Assembly: GCA_045541455.1 (NCBI GenBank)
Contig: JAZQJA010000046.1
Location: 1,180 to 65,179, forward strand
Origin: Eubacteriales bacterium
Lineage (GTDB): Bacteria; Bacillota; Clostridia; Oscillospirales; QAKW01
DNA: 64,000 nt
Reading direction: 5' to 3'
This document shows, piece by piece, positions 1-9,738 of this stretch. Made by a program: the position numbers and the translations under genes. Under the pieces are notes generated by a model, which worked only from the letters and a program-made list of their open reading frames with translations, did not search any database and was not told the origin of the DNA. Position 1 is the stretch's first letter, and every line of letters begins with the position of its first letter.

Positions 1-1860
1 CTGGAAAAGATATTTACAAAATATCACACAACTCACAACCAAGCTGTATTTGATGCATACACTCCGGAAATGAAACTTGCCCGTCACAATAAAATAATAA
101 CAGGATTGCCCGACACTTATGGGCGCGGCAGAATTGTCGGTGACTACAGACGTGTTGCGCTGTACGGCATTGACTTTTTGCTGGAGCAGAAAAAACGTGA
201 CCTTAAAAAAATGGATAAAGGCAGCATTGACGACGACACAATAAGACTGCGTCAGGAAGTTTCTATGCAGTGCCGTGCACTGACTGAAATGAAAGAGATG
301 GCTGCTATTTACGGCTTTGACATTTCACAGCCGGCAGCTAATGCTAAAGAGGCTGTTCAGTGGCTTTATTTCGGGTACCTTGCAGCCATTAAAACACAAA
401 ATGGTGCAGCAATGAGTGTTGGCAGAATTTCAGCGTTTTTAGACATCTATATAACACGCGATATCGAACGTGATTTACTGACTGAAAAAGAGGCTCAAGA
501 ACTGATAGATCAATTTGTACTTAAATGCAGAATGGTCAAGTTTGCAAGAATCCAAAGTTACAACGAACTGTTTTCGGGTGATCCGGTTTGGGCAACACTT
601 GCCGTTGCAGGTATCGGTCTTGACGGCAGACACATGGTTACCAAAACAGACTTCAGGTTTTTACACACACTTGAAAATATGGGTCCGTCACCAGAGCCAA
701 ACCTCACTGTTTTATACTCGCCAAGGCTTCCGCATACTTTTAAAGAATATGCCGCTAAAATTTCAGTTGAAACAAGTTCTATACAGTATGAAAACGACGA
801 GGTTATGCGCCCTGTATGGGGTGATGATTATGCAATTTGCTGTTGCGTTTCGGCAACTAAAACGGGCAAAGAAATTCAGTTTTTCGGTGCAAGGGCAAAC
901 CTTGCAAAATGCTTGCTTTATGCAATAAACGGCGGTGTTGACGAAAAAACAAAGCAACAGGTTGCACCATATTATGAGCGTATTACAACCGACTGCCTTG
1001 AATATGATGAAGTGTTTGAAAAATTCGAGCAGATGATGGATTGGCTTGCAAGACTTTATGTAAGCACACTTAATGTTATACATCATATGCATGACAGATA
1101 CTACTACGAATCGGCACAGATGGCGCTTATTGATACAAAGCTTGAACGTACTTTTGCAACAGGTATTGCAGGTTTTTCACATGTTGTTGACTCGTTATCG
1201 GCAATTAAGTATGCAAAGGTTTACCCTATACGCGACGACGACGGCATTGCGGTTGAATACAAAATCGAAGGTGATTTTCCCAGATTTGGCAACGATGATG
1301 ACAGAGTTGACGATATTGCAAGGGCAGTGCTTAAAATGTTTATCGGCAAGGTAAGTTCCTATACCACCTACCGTAAATCGACGCCCACAACATCAATACT
1401 CACTATTACATCAAATGTTGTTTACGGCAAAGCCACCGGAAGTTTGCCAGATGGCAGACTTGCAGGCGAGCCGCTATCGCCCGGTGCAAACCCCGCTTAC
1501 GGTGCCGAAAAAAACGGATTGCTTGCATCCTTAAATTCAGTTGCCAAACTTAAATACACCTACGCGCTTGACGGTATTTCAAATACACAGACAATTGCAC
1601 CCGAAGCTTTGGGCGACGGGCTTGAAGAACAGTGTGCAAACCTTATCAGCCTGCTTGACGGTTACTTCACACGCGGCGGTCACCACCTTAATGTAAATGT
1701 GTTTGGTATTGATAAACTTATTGATGCTATGGAGCATCCCGAAAAAGAGGAGTATGCAAACTTTACCATTCGTGTGTCAGGCTATGCCGTTAAATTTATT
1801 GACCTTACCCGCGAACAGCAACTCGATGTTATTGCAAGGTCAGCACACAAGGTACTGTAA
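1..1860 (+). CDS. pflB: Pyruvate formate-lyase (formate C-acetyltransferase), 5' end cut by window edge
   Basis: Frame 1 is open from nt 1 ([23 protein letters not shown] precedes the listed Met at 70). Catalytic Cys-Cys in ICCCVSA. Glycyl-radical motif RVSGYAV near the C-terminus. pflA follows immediately. Confidence 0.96.
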   Translation: MEKIFTKYHTTHNQAVFDAYTPEMKLARHNKIITGLPDTYGRGRIVGDYRRVALYGIDFLLEQKKRDLKKMDKGSIDDDTIRLRQEVSMQCRALTEMKEMAAIYGFDISQPAANAKEAVQWLYFGYLAAIKTQNGAAMSVGRISAFLDIYITRDIERDLLTEKEAQELIDQFVLKCRMVKFARIQSYNELFSGDPVWATLAVAGIGLDGRHMVTKTDFRFLHTLENMGPSPEPNLTVLYSPRLPHTFKEYAAKISVETSSIQYENDEVMRPVWGDDYAICCCVSATKTGKEIQFFGARANLAKCLLYAINGGVDEKTKQQVAPYYERITTDCLEYDEVFEKFEQMMDWLARLYVSTLNVIHHMHDRYYYESAQMALIDTKLERTFATGIAGFSHVVDSLSAIKYAKVYPIRDDDGIAVEYKIEGDFPRFGNDDDRVDDIARAVLKMFIGKVSSYTTYRKSTPTTSILTITSNVVYGKATGSLPDGRLAGEPLSPGANPAYGAEKNGLLASLNSVAKLKYTYALDGISNTQTIAPEALGDGLEEQCANLISLLDGYFTRGGHHLNVNVFGIDKLIDAMEHPEKEEYANFTIRVSGYAVKFIDLTREQQLDVIARSAHKVL

Positions 1861-2567
1861 TGAACGGCATTATTCACTCGTTTGAAAGTTTTGGCGCTTC
1901 TGACGGACCTGGGATTAGGTTTGTGGTATTTATGCAGGGTTGTAATATGCGCTGCAAATACTGCCACAACCCTGACACCTGGAAAAGAGAGGGCGAGAGT
2001 TACAGCGCACAACAGGTGCTTGAAAAGGCAAAACATTACCGTGAATATTGGGGTACAAACGGCGGCATAACTGTAAGCGGCGGAGAACCACTGTTGCAGG
2101 CAGAGTTTGTGACAGAACTTTTTACCCTTGCAAAAAGTGAGGGAATAAGCACTGTGCTTGACACTTCGGGCATAGCGTACGACGGCAGTGAGGTTTTTGA
2201 CAAACTTTTTTCTGTTACAGACCTTGTTTTACTTGATATAAAACATATTGACACTCAAAAGCACAAAGAACTTACAGGGCACGAAAACGCGCCTGTTTTA
2301 GCGCTTGCCAAAAAACTTGACAGGCTTTGTGTTCCGGTTTGGATAAGGCACGTTTTAGTACCGGGACTTGAAAGTGAAGAGGAACTTTTTAAGCTATCGG
2401 ATTTTATAAGCACACTTTCAAATGTTAAAAAGGTGCAGGTGCTTCCCTATCACACGCTTGGTGTTCACAAGTGGGAGTTGCTTGGTATTCCCTATCAGCT
2501 TGAAGGCATATCGCCGCCAAGCAAAGAAGAATTAGAACATGCAAAGAGAATTTTGCAAAAAGGCTGA
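1860..2567 (+). CDS. pflA: Pyruvate formate-lyase activating enzyme (radical SAM)
   Basis: CNMRCKYCHN radical-SAM cluster motif. TAATG overlap with the pflB stop. Length of 235 aa is typical. Confidence 0.95.
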   Translation: MNGIIHSFESFGASDGPGIRFVVFMQGCNMRCKYCHNPDTWKREGESYSAQQVLEKAKHYREYWGTNGGITVSGGEPLLQAEFVTELFTLAKSEGISTVLDTSGIAYDGSEVFDKLFSVTDLVLLDIKHIDTQKHKELTGHENAPVLALAKKLDRLCVPVWIRHVLVPGLESEEELFKLSDFISTLSNVKKVQVLPYHTLGVHKWELLGIPYQLEGISPPSKEELEHAKRILQKG

Positions 2568-2650
2568 TATTCATGTGATTATAATAACACAATATTATGA
2601 AATACATTTGAATATGTGTTTTTGTCTAATATTAAATATTTTTTTTATAA

Positions 2651-2696
2651 ATTAAAGACATATTTGTGAAAAATCACAAATATGTCTTTAATTTTG
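2651..2696 (+). terminator. Hairpin terminator after pflA
   Basis: Perfect 19-bp inverted repeat ATTAAAGACATATTTGTGA / TCACAAATATGTCTTTAAT with an AAAA loop, followed by TTTT. Confidence 0.7.
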
Positions 2697-2764
2697 AGTT
2701 AAAATATGTTATTTTATATTTGAAAATGTTATTAAATTATTTTTTTAGGAAAGAAGTGATTTTA

Positions 2765-3028
2765 ATGGCTATATAGAGTTATAATTCTAAAACATAAAAT
2801 TATCAAATTAAATTTGGACATTCCTTAAAACTAAAACATCCATATGGAGATGAAGATAACATATATAATGCAGATAAAGTTGTATTTTCTGTTTTAAATC
2901 AAGGTGTATACAGTGCAGACGAAACCAATTTAACAATTAATGGATCAAGTGTAAATTTATCTAATTCAAAAGTTAAATATACACCAACGAATTATGATAG
3001 ACAAACTTTACTTAATAAATGGAGTTGA
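2765..3028 (+). pseudogene. Small ORF (88 codons) with two early in-frame stops; unknown product
   Basis: AGGAAAGAAG RBS-like purine run (2748-2757) upstream of ATG 2765. In-frame TAG at 2774 and TAA at 2795, then 76 open codons (NYQIKFGHSLKLKHPYGDEDNIYNADKV...LLNKWS). The stop overlaps the next gene's upstream ATG (ATGGAGTTGA). Confidence 0.3.
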
Positions 3029-3033
3029 TTAAT

Positions 3034-3948
3034 ATGCGTAAATTCAACATAATCATTGCTATAATATTAGTCTCTATATTTTTTTCTTCATGTAAAGAAA
3101 AAAATATAGAAGAACCAGCATTTAAATCACCCATAGAAATTAACGACGAACAAGAATTTTTAGAAAAAGATGATATAAATATCAATACAGAAGAAAGTTC
3201 TCAAAATTATAAAACTGAAACAAAAGAAGAATCGACACAAATAAATCAAAGCAAAGAAACAACAAAAGAATATAATTATATATTCGTCTCTATCAACTAT
3301 AATGAAATAAAATATTCAAAGTACCTTAACGATAAATTATTTGATGCAACATCAGTTTATTGCGATATTGATTACAGTTCACTAAAGCCAACAAAAGAAA
3401 CTGTAACCGCTACATATTACTACAGAAATGAAACCGACGGTTTAAGCGAGGGAAAAACCGAGAACGTTACGCTTTACCAATTACCTGACAATATGCAAAA
3501 TGACAGCGGTATTCATTTTATTGCAGCAAAATTAAGTGACAGAGATTGTGAAATCTTTTATAAATTAAAGGATACTGCCGAACAATCTACAATTTATGAT
3601 TGGCTTGATACTAATCAACGCCTATGGGGAAAGAATTATACTGCTGTAGATGAGATAAAGAACATAACAATAATAGAACAGAAAGCAAACGGCAGACAGT
3701 GTATAATAGACGATACAATTGACATATCGGGCTTTTTTGAGCGCATTTGCAATTTCAAATACAAAGCAGATACAGAATATAGAACTGTCGGCAGAGAAAA
3801 CGAAAAGCCCGGTCTTTATGGTATTACAATAAATTATAAAGATGGTTACCAAATGACATTTACTTTTGAGAGAATAAAGCAAGTGCTGCAGGGAAATTAT
3901 TTAACAGACGATGAATTTGAAGATTATTTGCTATCATTTTTAGAATAA
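3034..3948 (+). CDS. Putative lipoprotein, unknown function
   Basis: MRKFNIIIAIILVSIFFSSC gives a signal peptide with a lipobox Cys. The gene is very AT-rich. The start was moved to the Met at 3034, and 3019 is an alternative. Confidence 0.6.
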   Translation: MRKFNIIIAIILVSIFFSSCKEKNIEEPAFKSPIEINDEQEFLEKDDININTEESSQNYKTETKEESTQINQSKETTKEYNYIFVSINYNEIKYSKYLNDKLFDATSVYCDIDYSSLKPTKETVTATYYYRNETDGLSEGKTENVTLYQLPDNMQNDSGIHFIAAKLSDRDCEIFYKLKDTAEQSTIYDWLDTNQRLWGKNYTAVDEIKNITIIEQKANGRQCIIDDTIDISGFFERICNFKYKADTEYRTVGRENEKPGLYGITINYKDGYQMTFTFERIKQVLQGNYLTDDEFEDYLLSFLE

Positions 3949-3987
3949 AAAATACCATGACGAAAAAATTTCGTCATGGTATTTTTT
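3949..3987. terminator. Bidirectional intrinsic terminator
   Basis: AATACCATGACGAAA / TTTCGTCATGGTATT inverted repeat flanked by an A-run and a T-run, between convergent genes. Confidence 0.8.
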
Positions 3988-3988
3988 A

Positions 3989-4147
3989 TTATTTTTTAGT
4001 AGAGTGGCAAGAGTCTTTCATACCGCAGTTTTCACAGCCGCAAGAACATGAGGACTTGCCGTTTTTTCTATTAATAATTCCCTTAACTATTATGCTGATA
4101 AAAATTGCAGCAACAATTAAAGCTACAACAACTGTTTGCCAATTCAT
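3989..4147 (-). CDS. FeoB-associated Cys-rich membrane protein (52 aa), absent from the ORF track because it is under 60 aa
   Basis: Minus-strand translation MNWQTVVVALIVAAIFISIIVKGIINRKNGKSSCSCGCENCGMKDSCHSTKK. One TM helix plus a CSCGCENCG tail. TAATG overlap with the feoB stop. AAGGTGGG RBS inside the feoB 3' end. Confidence 0.85.
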   Translation of the reverse strand: MNWQTVVVALIVAAIFISIIVKGIINRKNGKSSCSCGCENCGMKDSCHSTKK

Positions 4148-6396
4148 TATTTAATACCCACCTTAACATTATCTGTTTTTGCAGTAAGTACTTTATTACT
4201 GTTTTTATCTTTACGGAAGATGAGATAAATTAATGCCACAAGAAATGCAAAAGCAATAGCTGTCCAAACAGTAAAGGTGCCATGAGCAATAAGAGTACCT
4301 ATCTGGTAAATTATAAGCGATACTGCATACGCAAATGCACACATATAGCCTATTGCCGCAAATGTCCATTTAGCGTTATTCATTTCACGTCTGATAGCAC
4401 CCATTGCTGCAAAACAGGGAGCGCAAAGGAGATTGAAAACAAGGAAGGAAAAGCCTGAAAGTCTGCCCGAAAAGAACTCTGCACCAAGCATTGACAGTTC
4501 GGTTGAAGCGCCCTCTGCAAGATCCATAGCTGTATCTGAAAAGGAACTTGCCATTGAAGAAAGCGAACCAAACACACCAACAACTTCTTCTTTGGCGACA
4601 AGGCCTAAAATCGTAGCAACAGCCGACTGCCAGTTGCCAAAACCAAGCGGAACAAAAAGCCAAGCCAAAGCGCCACCGAGTACCTCAAGAATTGATGCAC
4701 CGCCAAGTTCCTCTGTGATATAATGGAAGCCGCCGTCAAACGATAGGCTGTTGAGCACCCATATAATTATACTTGCAGCAAGGATAACGGTACCTGCACG
4801 CTTAATAAACGACCAACCGCGATCCCAAGTTGTTCTGAAGATATTTGAAGCGACGGGAGCATGATACTGTGGAAGTTCCATAACAAAAGGTGCAGGGTTG
4901 CCGGAAAACGCTTTTGTTTTCTTAAGGATTATACCCGAAACTATAACTGCCCCAACACCAATAAAATAAGCCGCCGTGGCAATAAGACCGCTGCCGCCAA
5001 ACAGTGCACCTGCAATAAAGCCAACAATTGGCATTTTAGCACCGCAGGGTATAAAGCCTGTTGTCATAATGGTCATTTTACGGTCTCTGTCCTGCTCGAT
5101 AGTACGAGATGCCATAATACCGGGAACACCGCAGCCAGATGCCACAAGCATAGGAATAAAGCTTTTGCCTGAAAGACCGAATTTACGGAAAATTTTATCC
5201 ATAATGAAAGCCACACGGGACATATACCCGCAGTCTTCGAGTAAAGAGAGAAGCAAAAAGAGAATGAGCATTTGCGGAACAAAGCCTAAAACTGCACCGA
5301 CACCGCCGACAATACCGTCTTGGATTAGGCTATAAAGCCAATTTGCAATAACTGGTTCACCCGATGAATTTAAAAGTATCATATCAAGAAGTTCGGGAAC
5401 ACTAACCCAATTTGCCATAAAAGTATCGGGATAAGTTTCAGCGAAAGAACCGAAAAGCCCGTCATTCATAAATGCAACTGTCCAGTCACCGACTGTTCCG
5501 ATAGAGAGAGTATAAACAAGCAACATAACGCCTATAAAAATCGGCAGTGCTAAAATTCTGTTTGTAACTATCAAATCTATTTTATCAGAAACAGTAAGCT
5601 TGCCTGCATGCTTTTTCTTATAGCAGGTCTTAACAAGTCCTTCGATATATACATAACGATCATTAGTAATAATACTCTCAGCATCGTCATCCATATAAGT
5701 TTCAACTTTTGTTATATCCTTTTCGATATGTTCAAGAGTTTCTTTATTAAGCGCAAGTTGTTTAAGCACCCTTTCATCACGCTCAAATATTTTAATAGCA
5801 TACCAGCGTTGCTGTTCTTCGGGCATATTATGTATTGCAGCCTCTTCAATATGTGCAATTGCGTGTTCAACCCTACCGGAAAAGATGTGCATAAGCGTGG
5901 GTTTGCCTGCCTTTGCAGCCTCTATAGCGGCATCTGCCGCCTCTGAAATGCCGTCAAGTTTAAGCGCTGAAATTTCAAGCACCTTGCAGCCAAGCTGACA
6001 AGATAATTCTTCAATATTAATTCTATCGCCGTTTTTACGAACAACATCCATCATATTGATTGCGACGACTACCGGTATGCCAAGTTCCATAAGTTGAGTG
6101 GTAAGGTAGAGATTTCGCTCAATATTTGTACCGTCAACAATATTAAGTATTGCATCGGGTCTTTCATTAACAAGATAGTTACGGGCAACAACCTCTTCCA
6201 GTGTATAGGGTGAAAGTGAATAGATACCCGGAAGGTCGGTTAAAACAACATCTTTATTCTTTTTGAGTTTACCCTCTTTTTTCTCCACAGTAACGCCCGG
6301 CCAGTTTCCAACATATTGATTGGAGCCTGTAAGTGCATTAAACAGTGTAGTCTTACCGGAGTTTGGGTTTCCGGCAAGTGCTATTCTAAGTTCCAT
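4147..6396 (-). CDS. feoB: Ferrous iron transporter B
   Basis: N-terminal G-domain GNPNSGKTTLFNALTG followed by a large polytopic membrane domain. 749 aa. Downstream of feoA. Confidence 0.97.
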   Translation of the reverse strand: MELRIALAGNPNSGKTTLFNALTGSNQYVGNWPGVTVEKKEGKLKKNKDVVLTDLPGIYSLSPYTLEEVVARNYLVNERPDAILNIVDGTNIERNLYLTTQLMELGIPVVVAINMMDVVRKNGDRINIEELSCQLGCKVLEISALKLDGISEAADAAIEAAKAGKPTLMHIFSGRVEHAIAHIEEAAIHNMPEEQQRWYAIKIFERDERVLKQLALNKETLEHIEKDITKVETYMDDDAESIITNDRYVYIEGLVKTCYKKKHAGKLTVSDKIDLIVTNRILALPIFIGVMLLVYTLSIGTVGDWTVAFMNDGLFGSFAETYPDTFMANWVSVPELLDMILLNSSGEPVIANWLYSLIQDGIVGGVGAVLGFVPQMLILFLLLSLLEDCGYMSRVAFIMDKIFRKFGLSGKSFIPMLVASGCGVPGIMASRTIEQDRDRKMTIMTTGFIPCGAKMPIVGFIAGALFGGSGLIATAAYFIGVGAVIVSGIILKKTKAFSGNPAPFVMELPQYHAPVASNIFRTTWDRGWSFIKRAGTVILAASIIIWVLNSLSFDGGFHYITEELGGASILEVLGGALAWLFVPLGFGNWQSAVATILGLVAKEEVVGVFGSLSSMASSFSDTAMDLAEGASTELSMLGAEFFSGRLSGFSFLVFNLLCAPCFAAMGAIRREMNNAKWTFAAIGYMCAFAYAVSLIIYQIGTLIAHGTFTVWTAIAFAFLVALIYLIFRKDKNSNKVLTAKTDNVKVGIK

Positions 6397-6417
6397 TATA
6401 ATATCCTCTCTTTCGCA

Positions 6418-6433
6418 GTTAGTCTTCGCTAAC
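6418..6433. promoter_or_regulatory. GTTAG-N6-CTAAC palindrome in the feoA-feoB spacer
   Basis: CAGTTAGTCTTCGCTAACTG. It has the same half-sites and spacing as the two 16-mers upstream of feoA and dtxR. Confidence 0.4.
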
Positions 6434-6447
6434 TGTATTACAAAAAA

Positions 6448-6669
6448 TTATTCAACCTCAATCATTTCAGCGTCTGCCTTACGCAAAGACAGTTCATAAC
6501 CGCGAACGGTAACTTCAACAGGATCCCCAAGCGGTGCTACTTTACGGACATACACTTTAACGCCTTTGGTAATGCCCATATCCATAATTCTGCGTCTTAA
6601 AGCACCCTCGCCGTGCAGTTTTTTAACCTGAACTGAATCACCGATTTTCACATCTTTAAGTGTGTTCAT
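6448..6669 (-). CDS. feoA: FeoA family iron transport protein
   Basis: 73-aa SH3-like FeoA sequence (VKKLHGEGALRRRIMDMGITKG), directly upstream of feoB. Confidence 0.9.
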   Translation of the reverse strand: MNTLKDVKIGDSVQVKKLHGEGALRRRIMDMGITKGVKVYVRKVAPLGDPVEVTVRGYELSLRKADAEMIEVE

Positions 6670-6722
6670 TACGCTTCCTCCATATTATTAATTTAACAAT
6701 AAATTTTGAAACAAAAATCGCG

Positions 6723-6738
6723 GTTAGCATTTGCTAAC
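6723..6738. promoter_or_regulatory. Candidate metalloregulator operator GTTAGCATTTGCTAAC (feoA side)
   Basis: 16-bp dyad lying just downstream of a minus-strand TTGACA (6770-6775) and an approximate -10 promoter. It is identical to the copy at 6810. Confidence 0.5.
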
Positions 6739-6809
6739 TTGATAATATAGTATATATTTTTACAGCATTTGTCAATGCATTTTTTTAGTTTTGTATAATT
6801 TAACCACAG

Positions 6810-6825
6810 TTAGCATTTGCTAACC
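6810..6825. promoter_or_regulatory. Candidate metalloregulator operator GTTAGCATTTGCTAAC (regulator side)
   Basis: Identical 16-mer starting 10 nt after a plus-strand TATAAT at 6795-6800, upstream of the DtxR-family gene. Confidence 0.5.
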
Positions 6826-6901
6826 AAATAGTTTGTGCAAAATAGATAATACTTGAATTGCGCTTCTAATTGTGCTATACTAATAAAAAGAGGTGAACCG
6901 T

Positions 6902-7264
6902 ATGCATTTGCAAGAATCCGGCGAAATGTATCTTGAAACTATTTATATTTTATTAAAAACGGGCAAAAGTGTTCGTTCTATAGATGTCTGTGAAGAAATG
7001 GGTTATTCAAAGCCAAGCGTAAGCCGTGCTGTAGGGCTGCTAAAAAAAGGCGAATATATAAATGTAGACAACGACGGTTTTATAACGCTTACTGAACTTG
7101 GTAAATCTACCGCTGAAAAAGTATTTAACAGGCACACAATTATTACAAAACTTTTGACAAAACTGGGTGTAAAACCTGATATTGCAAGTGAAGACGCATG
7201 TAAAATGGAGCATGTTATAAGCGACGAAACCTACACTGCAATTAAAAATTTTATAGAAGAATGA
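6902..7264 (+). CDS. DtxR/MntR-family metal-dependent transcriptional regulator (no SH3-like C-domain)
   Basis: ESGEMYLETIYIL, a winged-HTH (SKPSVSRAVGLLKKGEY) and a dimerisation helix are typical of the family. AAAGAGGTG RBS before ATG 6902, so the tracked GTG at 6893 is probably part of the RBS. Confidence 0.88.
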   Translation: MHLQESGEMYLETIYILLKTGKSVRSIDVCEEMGYSKPSVSRAVGLLKKGEYINVDNDGFITLTELGKSTAEKVFNRHTIITKLLTKLGVKPDIASEDACKMEHVISDETYTAIKNFIEE

Positions 7265-7306
7265 AAAAGGGATGTAAAAAACTATTGTTTTTTACATCCC
7301 TTTTTA
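7264..7306. terminator. Bidirectional intrinsic terminator
   Basis: AAAAAGGGATGTAAAAAAC-TATT-GTTTTTTACATCCCTTTTT between convergent genes. Confidence 0.85.
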
Positions 7307-7308
7307 TT

Positions 7309-9738
7309 TTACAGCACTTTATATCCTGCTTCTTCGATAAGTTGCTTTAATTTATCATCTGAAATGTCTAAAGTTAAAGTTAGTTTGGCAGTGCCTGTTT
7401 TATGGCTTACATCAGCAGACTGTACTTCAGGCAAAGCTTCGAGTAAATTTTTAACGCGTGCCTCACAATGCGGACACATCATACCTTCAATTTTAAGTGT
7501 TTTCATTTTTGATTTTTCCTTTTTATCATATTTTGTTTTAAAGAAATTAAGGCGTAACGCGTTTGTTACAACGCAAAAACTTGAAAGACTCATAGCGGCA
7601 GCGCCAAACATTGGGTTAAGTTGCCAGCCAAGTAATGAAATAAATGCGCCTGCGGCAAGTGGTATACCTATTATATTATAGATAAATGCCCAAAAAAGAT
7701 TTTGATGTATATTTCTAAGAGTTTTACGTGACAATTCAATTGCATCTACTAAATCAGACAATTTACTGTGCATAATTACAACATCTGCTGCATCAATCGC
7801 AACATCTGCACCGGCACCGATTGCGATACCTATATCTGCACTGACAAGGGCGGGCGCATCGTTTATACCATCTCCGACCATTGCAACAAGTCCGTTTTGT
7901 TTAAATTGGCTTACCGCCTTTTCTTTGCCGTCCGGTAAAACCCCCGCTACAACATCTGTTATACCCACTTGATTTGCAATTGCCAAAGCAGTTTTTTTAT
8001 TATCGCCTGTAAGCATTACGACTGACACACCGAGTTTTTTTAGACGATTTACAGCCGCAGCGCTGTCTGATTTAACAGTATCAGCAACAGCAATTATACC
8101 TGCAAGAGTATTTCCTTTTGCAAAAAACAACGGTGTTTTACCTTGATCTGCAAGAGTTTCGGCTTTTTCTTTTATGCTATCCGAAATTTTGCACACAGTT
8201 TGAATATATTTCAAGCTTCCGCCGTATGACTTTTCTTTATTTACAACACCGCAAACGCCGTTACCCGACAAAGCTTTAAACGAAGTTGCACCCTCATATT
8301 CAATATTATCTGCATATTGAATTATCGCTTTAGCAAGCGGATGCTCACTTTTAATCTCAAGTGATGCGGCAAGTGACACAAGCGATGTATTATCAAAACC
8401 GTTTACTGTTATAACGTCTGTTACCTTAGGGGTACCGTTTGTTATTGTACCTGTTTTGTCCAAAACCACTGTTTTAACCTTACCGGTCTGTTCTAATGAC
8501 ACAGCGGTTTTAAAAAGTATTCCGCGCCGCGCCCCGACACCGCTTGCCACCATTATTGCAACAGGAGTAGCAAGGCCCAAAGCACACGGACAACTTATAA
8601 CAAGCACCGAAATGCCACGTGCAAGCGCATAACCGAACGACTGACCTGCAAAAAGCCATATTGCCGTTGTAATTATTGCTATCAGTATTACAACCGGCAC
8701 AAAAATTCCCGAAACTTTATCAGCGATTTTTGCAACAGGTGCCTTTGTAGAGGCAGCTGATTCCATCATTTTTATAATTTGAGAAAGAGTAGTATCCTCC
8801 CCTACCCTTACAGCTTGGCACTTAATAAACCCCGAGGTGTTAACAGTTGCCGCATACACAGCATCACCCGATGCTTTATCAACCGGAATACTCTCCCCGG
8901 TAAGTGCCGATTCGTTAACAGAAGTTTCACCGTCAATTATAACCCCGTCAACCGAAATGCTCTCGCCGGGGCGAACAACAAAAACATCACCTTTTTTAAC
9001 AGATTCAACAGGTACTGTCTGTTCTTTACCGTCAACAACAATTGTTGCTGTTTTTGGAGAAAGATTAATAAGACTTTTGAGTGCGTCGGTAGTTTTACCT
9101 TTAGAACGTGATTCGAGCATTTTGCCGACTGTGATAAGAGTTAAAATCATTGCCGCAGACTCAAAATACATTTCGTGCATAAGGTGCTGCGACGGATTTT
9201 GTGTCATTATAAAGAGTGTATATGTGCTATAAGTAAAAGCGGCGGCAGAGCCAAGTGCAACAAGAGTATCCATATTAGGAGCACGACGGTACAGCGCACC
9301 AAAACCGCTTATAAAGAATTTTTGGTTTATTACCATTACTGACACTGTCAGCAAAAGTTGAACAATGCCTTGCGCTAAATAATTTTGTTTAAAAAATGCA
9401 GGCAACGGTAATGACAGCATTGACACACCCATTGAAAAGTACATAAGCACCAGCAATAAAACAACAGATGCAACCAAACGGCCAATAAGTTTTGGGGTTT
9501 TAGTGTCTTTAAGTACACTATCATTTGCTTTTACATGTGTGCCTTTAACACTTGCACCATAACCTGCTGCATTGACAGCTGAAATAATATCATCATCAGA
9601 CGCGCTTGAGTTTACAGACATTGAATTTGTAAGAAGATTTACAGAACACTCGGTAACACCTTCTACAGCCATAACTGCTTTTTCAACCCGTGCACTGCAA
9701 GCTGCACAACTCATACCCGTAATATCAAACTGTGTCAT
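7309..9738 (-). CDS. copA: Copper-translocating P1B-type ATPase with N- and C-terminal heavy-metal-binding domains
   Basis: [13 protein letters not shown]-terminal HMA, CPC (SCPCALG), [13 protein letters not shown], and a second HMA ([13 protein letters not shown]) after the last TM helix. Confidence 0.95.
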   Translation of the reverse strand: MTQFDITGMSCAACSARVEKAVMAVEGVTECSVNLLTNSMSVNSSASDDDIISAVNAAGYGASVKGTHVKANDSVLKDTKTPKLIGRLVASVVLLLVLMYFSMGVSMLSLPLPAFFKQNYLAQGIVQLLLTVSVMVINQKFFISGFGALYRRAPNMDTLVALGSAAAFTYSTYTLFIMTQNPSQHLMHEMYFESAAMILTLITVGKMLESRSKGKTTDALKSLINLSPKTATIVVDGKEQTVPVESVKKGDVFVVRPGESISVDGVIIDGETSVNESALTGESIPVDKASGDAVYAATVNTSGFIKCQAVRVGEDTTLSQIIKMMESAASTKAPVAKIADKVSGIFVPVVILIAIITTAIWLFAGQSFGYALARGISVLVISCPCALGLATPVAIMVASGVGARRGILFKTAVSLEQTGKVKTVVLDKTGTITNGTPKVTDVITVNGFDNTSLVSLAASLEIKSEHPLAKAIIQYADNIEYEGATSFKALSGNGVCGVVNKEKSYGGSLKYIQTVCKISDSIKEKAETLADQGKTPLFFAKGNTLAGIIAVADTVKSDSAAAVNRLKKLGVSVVMLTGDNKKTALAIANQVGITDVVAGVLPDGKEKAVSQFKQNGLVAMVGDGINDAPALVSADIGIAIGAGADVAIDAADVVIMHSKLSDLVDAIELSRKTLRNIHQNLFWAFIYNIIGIPLAAGAFISLLGWQLNPMFGAAAMSLSSFCVVTNALRLNFFKTKYDKKEKSKMKTLKIEGMMCPHCEARVKNLLEALPEVQSADVSHKTGTAKLTLTLDISDDKLKQLIEEAGYKVL

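Noticed and set aside
3957-4154. 65-aa plus-strand ORF from the six-frame track
   Set aside because: It begins inside the bidirectional terminator hairpin, has no RBS and reads as low-complexity sequence. The opposite strand encodes the well-formed FeoB-associated Cys-rich protein with an RBS and stop-start overlap.
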